From positions 496,001 to 560,000 of the forward strand of contig CM074812.1 in NCBI GenBank assembly GCA_037447605.1: a stretch of 64,000 bases of DNA, given 5' to 3'. Numbering within the stretch: position 1 is the stretch's first letter; each line of letters opens with the position of its first letter. The translations under genes and the position numbers were made by a program. Under the pieces are notes generated by a model. It saw only the letters and a program-made list of their open reading frames with translations, ran no database searches and was not told the origin of the DNA. Below are positions 51,208 through 64,000 of the stretch, one piece after another. This DNA comes from Zygnema circumcarinatum SAG 698-1b (taxonomy: Eukaryota; Plantae; Zygnematophyceae).

Positions 51208-52141
51208 ATGGCGGGCAGCGAGGAGCCTGCGAAGCAACTGCTTCCCTTTCTGCAGCGCGCGGACGAACTGCAGCGCCACGACCGCCTCATGGCCTACTAC
51301 TGTAATATTCACAACCTCACAATTTTATCTCTAGCAATTAGATTAAATATATTTTTAACCTTGCTCGCAATTTTTCTGACAAAAACAAGGTATCATACAC
51401 CATTTTTTGCGTTTTTCCTTGGTCCCTTTTTCCTTATTTGAAACATGAATGAACGTATCAATTCTTTTTTCCTTCGCTTTTGGATGCTGGGGGAAATTTT
51501 TTTATTAGGTTTGCTTCCTAATTAAGAAAGAGTGGCAGCTTTTGTTGTCGAGGACAGAGTACGAGTTGACTCGGTGGCCCTGTATGGCTCAAAGCTTGAA
51601 CCACACAGAGCCGTCCTCACAGCCATGTATATATTTTCCGTTTACTAAGTTGTATCCATTGTTTACATTTTTCAGTCTCAATAACTAGGTACTGTTTGGA
51701 GTACAAGGGGAACAAGAGTAGTAAAGAATCTGAAAGTATCAAAAGATGACACCTCCTCTCCTTCCTCCCTCTCTTTCTCTCTCCCTCTCTCTCTGTTTCT
51801 CTCCCTCTCTCTCTCTCTTTCTCTCTCTCTCTCCCCCCCCTCTCTCTCTCTCTCTCGCGCGTGTGTGCAGGCCGTTTATATGCGATGGATCGCGGTCTGA
51901 AAATTCCTGCCAATGAGCGCACAAAGGACACAAAGGCTCTCCTGCTCTCGCTCATGAGCCAGCTCGAAAAAGTGAAACCACACCCCCCCAAATTAATAAC
52001 AACATTTCTGGGAACTATTTAGGCCTGATTTGACTTATTGTGAAGGTTTTTTTCAGTAGAAGGGCATTCAAGGCTTACAAATCTAGAAATTGTGGGGTTT
52101 CAGTGGTTCCTAGAGTTTTAAGTCTTGATGTTTGCGGGATA

Positions 52142-52195
<54 letters not shown>

Positions 52196-54881
52196 CCTCC
52201 CTCCCTCCCACCCTTCACCCTATTAAGGGTCAGTGTGTGGGTACAAATGGAGGGTTCAGGACAAAAAGGTAATTCAGTTAAGTCCGGACGACAATCTCTA
52301 TGTGGAGGGCTTCGCACAAAACGTTTTTGCGAAGGCGGACAAAATTGACCGAGCGGGGCGGGCAGACATGTGAGTCTAAAGAAGGGATAAAGAAATGGAG
52401 GATAGGTGGGTGTGAGGGAAGGCGAGGAGGGGGTGAGAGTGAGAGAGAAAGGGTCGAGTTGCAGGAAAATGTAACAATCATGCACTGGACCTGCTCAGAA
52501 AAATCTCGGCTCCTTTCTTCTCCCTCGCTCCCTCTCCTCCCTCTCCCTCTCCCTCTCCCTCCCTCTCCCTCCCTCTCCCTCCCTCCCTCTCTCCTTCCCA
52601 CTTCCCCTGTTCTCCATGTCCTTCTTGCCGTTTCCTTGTCTCCATCTCTCTCTCCGCCCACCTCCTCCCTCTCTCCCTCCCTCGTTTCTCTCTCGCACTC
52701 TCTCTCCTCCCTCCTCCCCCTCCCCCTCCATCATAAACGAAAGGGGACGAAAACTTAACCGCCGCACAGTTCTTGTCTATATTTCAAACTACAATATTCA
52801 GAATTGTAATTTCTGAATGTACATATTCATAACTCATCCCTCCCTTTTTTTCTCCTTTTTCTTTTTCCCTTTTCCCACATGTTTCAGAAGTACGGCAAAA
52901 ACATTTTACGCGGCAAGTATTTTTATTGAAGTTCTTCGACAATTTGCGGAACTTCCACCTGACGTAAGCTCAACCCTTTAAAACCTAAAACCTAAAACCT
53001 GCTGCTTTTCTCGTAACTGAAACATAGAACTTATAAGCACTTTTTGCAACTTTTTTCCTTCGACTTTCTTCCCCTTGAAGCAGACGAAAACTTCATTTCC
53101 TCTGTAACTCTCTCTTCCTCACTTTTTTCACTTTGTGAACATTTTTTCCACTCACTTTTTCACAATCCTCTTTGCGATGATCAAATGTCCAACGCTGTCA
53201 CGTCACTTCCTCTCTTGCTGGAGGCCATAAAGGGTGGCAAGACTGTCAATTTGCACAGTTTGTCAGTTTCTTTGTTACCTCCTGTTCCGTTGTAACCTGT
53301 TGAACGGAAACGGAATGTGCATGTATCCTCAGTTGGAGCAGAAGCAGAAATACGCGATATGGAAAGCGGCCGATATTCGGAAAGCACTTGCGGAGGGTCG
53401 CAAACCAACTGCCGGTCCGCCGGGGGGAGAGCCTGAACCCTACGCCTCTAGCATGGGAGAGAGACAGGTCTCTCCCTCTCTCTCCTCTCTCCCTCTCTCC
53501 CCCGTCTCCCTTTTTCTCTATCTCGTCCTCCCCCCGTCTCTCTTTCTCTCTCCCCCCGCCCCTCGCTTGCCTGCGCTCTCCCTCGCCCCTCTTATGTTTC
53601 GCCGTCTTTCCCGCTCTTCTCTCCTCTCTCTTTTCCCCCTCCCCCTCTCTATCTCCCCGTCTCTCTCCCTCTATCCCTCTCTCTCGTCCCCCTCACTCTC
53701 CCCCCTCCCTCCTATCTCCCCGCCTCTCCTTGTCTTCCCCCTTTTTTGTCCCTTTCCCTCTCGTCCCCCCGTCTCAATCTCTATCGCCCTCCCTCTCCCT
53801 CTCCCTCTCCACTTTTTTTGGCTTTTCATGTGTTTGGGTATACCTCTTGTTGATTTCCAATCACTGATTTGTTTATTTTTTTGCTTTTCTTTCTCGGCAG
53901 CTTTTTCCTTCCGAGCAGCCGCCCCTTTCCCAAGACATAGCGGACGAGTTCCCCTCTGTTCCTGGGGGAGGGAGAGGAGTGGGAGGAGGGGGAGGGGGAG
54001 GGGGAATGGGAGGGGGAGGGGGAATGGGAGTAGGAGGGGGAGTGGGAGGGGGAGTGGGAGGTGGCCCTTCCTCCAATGACCCTTCCCTCTACTCTGACGA
54101 CATCGATCTCCCATCTGCTCCCTCTGCCCCCCTCCGTCTCACTCCTTCTCAGAGCTTCTCTCAGTACACCTCTACTTCAAGAGAGAGACAAAGTGGGAGT
54201 TTCCCTCCTACCCCCCACTATCCTCCTCCTGGCTACGCACCATCTCAGTCTTCCCCTCCCAACCCCTCCCTCTCCCTCCATGGCATGCCTCTACCTCCTC
54301 CTTCGGAGCCGCAGCTTCCAGGAAGCTTCAACCAATACGACCCCAACACACTTGCAGGTTACCCTACTGGTCCTGCCGCTTACTCTCACAACCCAAACCC
54401 TCCAAACCCATCAGGAGGAAATGCTTATATGGGCCATCCCACCCCCTCAAGGAGTGAGAGTCTACCACAGTACACTTCACCGTCACCTTCAACGGAAAAT
54501 TTCTCTCAGTTTTCCGGATACCAACCGAATGCCCCTCCCTCATGGAACCCTCCTCCTGGAGGATACTCCCTTGGAATGCCTTCCTCTGCTCCTCCCACAG
54601 CTTCTCCCTCTCCCACTCCCGCTCCTGCTCCCTCTCCCACTCCCACTCGCACTCCCTCTCTCTCTCCCGCTCCCTCTGTCTCTCTCTCTCGCTCTCCTCC
54701 TTCGAAGGAGGTGGCCCTAGCCTCCAACGGCGGGTACGAGCCCCCCCCTGAGAGGTGTGCGGAGGCCCATAAAGCTGCGCGCTTTGCAGTTAGCGCCCTC
54801 GCCTTCGACGATGTGCCCACAGCCGTATCGTACCTGCAGAGGGCGCTGCAGCTGCTCACCTCTGCCAAGGCGCTCATATAA
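51208..54881 (+). CDS. VTA1: VTA1/LIP5 (Vps4/SKD1 activator, ESCRT), ~498 aa
   Basis: Exons 51208-51301, 51871-51971, 52260-52369, 52888-52963, 53333-53467, 53901-54881. MIT-domain motifs LLPFLQRADEL..AYYCRLYAM, FAKADKIDRAGRAD..TAKTFYAAS, QKYAIWKAADIRKALAEGRKP; Pro/Ser linker; C-terminal VSL motif EAHKAARFAVSALAFDDVPTAVSYLQRAL. Confidence 0.96.
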
Positions 54882-54935
54882 GGAGAGAGGGAGAGAGGGA
54901 GGGGGAGGGGGGAGGAGGGAGGGAGNNNNNNNNNN

Positions 54936-56852
54936 CTCGTAACTGAAACATAGAACTTATAAGCACTTTTTGCAACTTTTTTCCTTCGACTTTCTTCCCC
55001 TTGAAGCAGACGAAAACTTCATTTCCTCTGTAACTCTCTCTTCCTCACTTTTTTCACTTTGTGAACATTTTTTCCACTCACTTTTTCACAATCCTCTTTG
55101 CGATGATCAAATGTCCAACGCTGTCACGTCACTTCCTCTCTTGCTGGAGGCCATAAAGGGTGGCAAGACTGTCAATTTGCACAGTTTGTCAGTTTCTTTG
55201 TTACCTCCTGTTCCGTTGTAACCTGTTGAACGGAAACGGAATGTGCATGTATCCTCAGTTGGAGCAGAAGCAGAAATACGCGATATGGAAAGCGGCCGAT
55301 ATTCGGAAAGCACTTGCGGAGGGTCGCAAACCAACTGCCGGTCCGCCGGGGGGAGAGCCTGAACCCTACGCCTCTAGCATGGGAGAGAGACAGGTCTCTC
55401 CCTCTCTCTCCCTCTCTCCCTCTCTCCCCCGTCTCCCTTTTTCTCTATCTCGTCCTCCCCCCGTCTCTCTTTCTCTCTCCCCCCGCCCCTCGCTTGCCTG
55501 CGCTCTCCCTCGCCCCTCTTATGTTTCGCCGTCTTTCCCGCTCTTCTCTCCTCTCTCTTTTCCCCCTCCCCCTCTCTATCTCCCCGTCTCTCTCCCTCTA
55601 TCCCTCTCTCTCGTCCCCCTCACTCTCCCCCCTCCCTCCTATCTCCCCGCCTCTCCTTGTCTTCCCCCTTTTTTGTCCCTTTCCCTCTCGTCCCCCCGTC
55701 TCAATCTCTATCGCCCTCCCTCTCCCTCTCCCTCTCCACTTTTTTTGGCTTTTCATGTGTTTGGGTATACCTCTTGTTGATTTCCAATCACTGATTTGTT
55801 TATTTTTTTGCTTTTCTTTCTCGGCAGCTTTTTCCTTCCGAGCAGCCGCCCCTTTCCCAAGACATAGCGGACGAGTTCCCCTCTGTTCCTGGGGGAGGGA
55901 GAGGAGTGGGAGGAGGGGGAGGGGGAGGGGGAATGGGAGGGGGAGGGGGAATGGGAGTAGGAGGGGGAGTGGGAGGGGGAGTGGGAGGTGGCCCTTCCTC
56001 CAATGACCCTTCCCTCTACTCTGACGACATCGATCTCCCATCTGCTCCCTCTGCCCCCCTCCGTCTCACTCCTTCTCAGAGCTTCTCTCAGTACACCTCT
56101 ACTTCAAGAGAGAGACAAAGTGGGAGTTTCCCTCCTACCCCCCACTATCCTCCTCCTGGCTACGCACCATCTCAGTCTTCCCCTCCCAACCCCTCCCTCT
56201 CCCTCCATGGCATGCCTCTACCTCCTCCTTCGGAGCCGCAGCTTCCAGGAAGCTTCAACCAATACGACCCCAACACACTTGCAGGTTACCCTACTGGTCC
56301 TGCCGCTTACTCTCACAACCCAAACCCTCCAAACCCATCAGGAGGAAATGCTTATATGGGCCATCCCACCCCCTCAAGGAGTGAGAGTCTACCACAGTAC
56401 ACTTCACCGTCACCTTCAACGGAAAATTTCTCTCAGTTTTCCGGATACCAACCGAATGCCCCTCCCTCATGGAACCCTCCTCCTGGAGGATACTCCCTTG
56501 GAATGCCTTCCTCTGCTCCTCCCACAGCTTCTCCCTCTCCCACTCCCGCTCCTGCTCCCTCTCCCACTCCCACTCGCACTCCCTCTCTCTCTCCCGCTCC
56601 CTCTGTCTCTCTCTCTCGCTCTCCTCCTTCGAAGGAGGTGGCCCTAGCCTCCAACGGCGGGTACGAGCCCCCCCCTGAGAGGTGTGCGGAGGCCCATAAA
56701 GCTGCGCGCTTTGCAGTTAGCGCCCTCGCCTTCGACGATGTGCCCACAGCCGTATCGTACCTGCAGAGGGCGCTGCAGCTGCTCACCTCTGCCAAGGCGC
56801 TCATATAAGGAGAGAGGGAGAGAGGGAGGGGGAGGGGGGAGGAGGGAGGGAG
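54936..56852 (+). other. Near-identical direct duplicate of 53010-54925 (VTA1 intron 4 to 3' end), bounded by N-gaps; probable assembly artefact
   Basis: Offset is 1926 at the start and 1927 after one indel in a CT tract; coding parts identical; gaps at 54926-54935 and 56884-56893; lacks exons 1-4. Confidence 0.85.
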
Positions 56853-59074
56853 GGAGGGAGGGGGGGTAGGGGGGGGAGGAGGGNNNNNNNNNNAGGGAGA
56901 GAGGGAGGGGGGGGAGGAGGGAGAGAGGGAGGAGGGAGAGAGGGAAGGGGGGAGAGAGAGAGGGAGAGAGAGGGTGAGGGAGGGGGGGAGGAGGGAGAGA
57001 GTGAGAGAGGGAGAGAGGGTGAGAGGGAGAGAGGGAAGGGGAGGAGGGAGAGAGGGAGGAGGGGGAGGAGGGAGAGAGGGAGAGAGGGAGAGAGGGAAGG
57101 GGGGGGAAGAGCGGAGAGGAAGAGAGAGGGGAAGAGGGGGGCTCGTTCTGAATTGGGGCGCTTGATACAGGGTCGGTATTTGGAGAGCGCTCAGTTTCTG
57201 AACTGGAGTCGATATTCTACTCCAATCGGATTTTTTTTGGAGGTGGTTCATGGGGGTGAGAGAAATGCCTGCGGGGAAGTGGGTAGGGTTGAGGGCTGAG
57301 GGTATAGGGGTCAGGATGGAGGGCTGAGGGTTGAGGATGTAGTTGGGTTTTGCGGTTCTTGTATAGTTATCTCTAATCGCTTTTCTATTTAGTATGCAAA
57401 GTTTGAGCACGCTTGTGCTTGTACAACAGGTTTCCCGTTTCGCAGTCATTTCCGCTTGTGCAACGAAAGTTTTGGAGCTTCATTATGTCACGCTTTTTCT
57501 TTCTTTCCTCTGTAAATCTTGAAAATTTCGGAAATGAAATCATTGGCTCTAGCTTTTCTAAAGTCAGCGTGTGCCATCTTTAATGGACTGGCAAACTTCT
57601 TTTCGGTTTTTTTCACTCTCAACGTCTCCAATTACAGAACGGTTTCAGTGCTGTGAGGGCAAGAAAGTGCACTGGTTAGACGTCTGATGGTGTTGGGCTT
57701 TACGCTGCGATTGTTCTCTGACAAAATGAGTGCAGCACAGAATTCTCTCTTTGGAAGTGCTCAAAATGCTGAAAGTAAAGGATGTGGCATTGATCTCTGA
57801 AAGCAGCACAATGCGAGGCCTGTTGTCACATGTAAAGAGGAGCTTATTGCACATAATACGTAACATAAAGCATGGCAATGTTCCAGCTTTGTAAGCCACC
57901 ATCCAACCTTCAAGACAGACACTGGGAGTTGCCGGTGTTTTCAAGCCTGGATTGACATCGGTTTCAAGTCTTTTTGAAGTTAAAAACGCGCGCAACGTGA
58001 CCGCATGGTCTAAAAAGGGCCTGCTTTCAAAAACCTCAAAAGGCTACACATTTCGAGAGGCTGCCGACGCTGAAACTTCTGAATCTGCCGCAGCCTCCCT
58101 GAACCCTCAAGCCTAAAGACCCTATAATGCCTTTAGGCTGGGCAATGCAGTACCGCAAAAATTGCAGACTCCAGACTGAAGACTAGAAACCGGAAATTGG
58201 AAAATTGCATCCTCTTCCACTATCAAGCCATCCTTGAAGACTCGCTGTGAACGGGAGGACTGGCGGCTACAGTAGGATAAAGAGGAGGTCAAGAAGAAGA
58301 ATAACCCCTTCCAATATCTCCCACCAAAAAGGACGTGAAGCCGCATGGAACCCTAACTAACGTACACTTAGCATACAAACACTGAGCACAAGGGCGTGCT
58401 TCACAGCTGAGAACGCACCCTTTCTCTCTCTCGCCTCCCCTCCCCTCCTCTCTCTCGCTCCTTTTCTCTCTCTCCTCCCCCCCCCCCTTATCTCTGCTAT
58501 GGCAGAAGAACTATTTACCTTTCAAACAACGGCCCTTTGGCCATTATTCCAATGTAGCCATTTACTACTACCATTGGTGCCTTGGGGGCATACTGCTAAG
58601 AAGGGAAAGCTCCCGCTCCTTCCTTCCCTTCCTCCCTCCCCAACCTCCTATTACAAAGTTCCACACTCCCGCTTCCTCTATTTGTACTTTGAAGAAGAGG
58701 ATTGGAGTTTCCCAGACGCGAGGGGCAGCTATAATATTTTGGGAGAGTGAGGGAGAGAAGGACGAAGTGCGGGAGAGAAGGGATGGACAGACAATTAAAG
58801 CCCTACCCCTTAGGGGAAGGGAGACGGCGGACGGAAGCGAGCGGGAGTGGCAGGGAGGGAAAGAGGAAGGAGCAATCTTCTGAAGGAAAACTCTCCTGTC
58901 CACTTCAAGGGAAAGTAGAAATACGGAAATTGCTGATAGTGATTTTTGCTGGTAAGCAGTTACGTTGAAAGGTTAGATAGAAGGGAAGATAGACGACGAA
59001 GCTGAAGAAGAGGAGAGAGAATATAGGAGGTTACTGGAAGAATGAAGAATATGCTTGCTTGCTTGTCCCAGAGG

Positions 59075-62003
<2,929 letters not shown>

Positions 62004-64000
62004 CGCCTTTCCTTTCTTACAGTTCAAACTCTGCTGCTCTTTAAAAATAAGCTTCCACAACACTCCTCTTATGAGGTATCAGGAACGCGCACTCTGAATA
62101 GTTTCGCATTCCTGCACATGAACCACGAAAGCAATCAGATAAGAGCCTATGTTATGCTACAAGCAGCCACTTGCAGAAATATTGTTAAGGATGTCCCTTA
62201 TCATCGCACCACGGCAGTTTGTAAGAACCGCTGAACAGAATCAAGCTATCTTTAACCAACTTAATCGGCCACATTAGACCAATTAAAACCAAACAAAATA
62301 AGCCCTTGTTCAGCTGCAACCTAATAAGTCAGACCAACATCACCTCCCTCTGCATCGCCGCATCCAGCCCTATTTAAACTCACTCACGCTCAGAGGGTTT
62401 GCCAGAAGTTACTTCCTGGCCGCCTCCTTTCAGCATGCATGCATCTGATTGGCAAGGACAAGACATGCCAGTTCTAAGACCTTAAACTTAAGTTCAGGCG
62501 TGAGTTTGAAGAAGCGCACGAGCTGCAGCAACAGTTGCAGGATTTGCAAGAGATGAACTTCAGGCCCTCTTCACGCCGTCAAAAATCATCAACTTAAGCC
62601 ATTACTTACCGCTTCCAAATACTTCAGATATTCCAGAAAACTTGGAAACGAATCTTGAATTGTGAGCTTTCACATACATACACACGTCCTCCTCCTGCAG
62701 GCTATGCAGGTGCGGAAGTGTTCCAAGACCGACTGGCTGCCTCCGTTGCAGGGCTGCACTGCATTCTGGCAAAATCAGAAAAAGGGATGGGAAGCTCCAG
62801 AAAAAGGAAGGCGCCAGTTTTGGACCAAGGGTTGGATCGACGGTCCGCGTTGCAGATCGCAAACCCGGACGGTTCAGATTTAGTCACGCCCGACCAATAT
62901 AGCTTTTGTGAAAGGACTGGGATCCACTTTCCCTTTTCGTTTTTATTTACTGGGATCAAGGGAGCACATTTGCAACGCCAGATTTCAGAAGCGTGTAATC
63001 GACGGCTGATATTGCAGTTTTGAGAATCGGACGGACGTACAATTGACGCGTCAAATCGGATTTTTAGACTAATGGGCAAAGATCCACTTTGCCACGGAAA
63101 TGGATGTGGAGGTGGACCTTGACGGTTGAGATTCGTCAAGGTGGGGGACTCACGATATTGGAGAACCATGTTTTTGAACTATCCAATGCTTATTCGACAC
63201 GTGTAATAGTTTATGCACGTTTCGTAATACTATTGGTGGAAATTTGAGAGGTTGACCCTCGGGCCTGGCCAACCGAGGGACTTGGACTTTCAGTTGATCT
63301 GATCCATTTCTTAAGTTTCGTATATCGGAGGGTCCAAAATGCACTTGGCGTTTTCCCATTGGTTTAATTCACTACCGTAACTTGGAGTGGCCCCTGGGTG
63401 CTGTACAGAGGGATACAAAACTGTACGGTATTGTACAATTCTGTGCGCAAAAATTGTTTTTTTCCAAACACGCCAAAAATGTGTCCCGCTAACGACGCAC
63501 GATTGGTCGGCCGCACATGCGACGCATTTAAATTTTAGCCCAACCGAAAAAGTCAAACAAGGAGGCTCATCTGATTGGCCCAAAATGCAGTTACACTTGT
63601 CGTTTTGAAAGAAATCGGTGCACTAGCAGCCAGAATGCATTTAATCCATATTTTTTGTCGTTTCTTGAATCTAGACGAAAAGTATCTGTGAGGAACTTTC
63701 AAACAAACTTGGGGCCGCGGCACCGTACGGACCGCTATAGACAATCGTGTGGCTGAGAGCAGTCAAAAACGACAAATAAAATTTCTATCGGTGTCGGCAG
63801 ATACGTCCAAATCGTAATCAGATACGATCTCCAAAAATCCGGCCTTTCGATACTTCCAAATCTTGAATCATGCTTATTGCCGTACTATAGTACGGTCTGA
63901 CTCCTGTAGGAATCGGTCCGATGAAATACAGCGGGACAGTGGGACTCCTTCACGGTCCAGATTTCCGCCAATTAGAGCGTACCACGTCAGATACGTACAC

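Noticed and set aside
57645-58903. Short ORFs between VTA1 and PP2C
   Set aside because: No recognisable domain and no consistent exon chain; likely converging 3' UTRs.
62498-62597. Exon-like plus-strand fragment (REFEEAHELQQQLQDLQEM..) and its Cys-rich antisense frame
   Set aside because: No upstream partner exon or start found; CAG/CAA runs explain both readings.

Overview
Eukaryotic, intron-rich nuclear DNA. Gene content (plant-type SAHH, RhoGDI, BRICK1, P-type PPR, LIP5/VTA1, clade C PP2C, plant NT-C2 coiled-coil protein) plus AAACCCTA telo-boxes and G-boxes points to a streptophyte, probably a charophyte-grade alga (inference). I built nine gene models by hand from GT-AG splice sites and reading-frame continuity: a secreted His-brace-like/EGF/EGF/DOMON protein (-, 3' end outside the window), RhoGDI (-), SAHH (+), L-rhamnose mutarotase-like (-), BRICK1 (+), a ~2100-aa PPR protein (-), an intronless F-box/LRR protein (-), a >2000-aa NT-C2 coiled-coil protein (+), VTA1/LIP5 (+, with a gap-flanked near-identical partial second copy that is probably an assembly artefact) and a PP2C (-). 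Most long ORFs in the supplied track are artefacts of GA/CT microsatellites. Top leads: (1) a tandem-amplified cis-regulatory module upstream of the F-box gene with five perfect CCAAT-N9-CCACG (ERSE) elements arranged as inverted pairs, plus UPRE octamers; (2) an invertebrate-type His-brace-like/EGF/DOMON protein with an apparently degenerate metal site and a Ser/Pro-rich insert; (3) a bacterial-type rhamnose mutarotase with spliceosomal introns; (4) a 370-bp foldback and a dense GTAC cluster in the RhoGDI/SAHH divergent promoter; (5) tandemly duplicated 3' splice sites in a PPR intron. Family assignments come from recalled motifs, not database searches. No tRNA, rRNA or CRISPR array was recognised.
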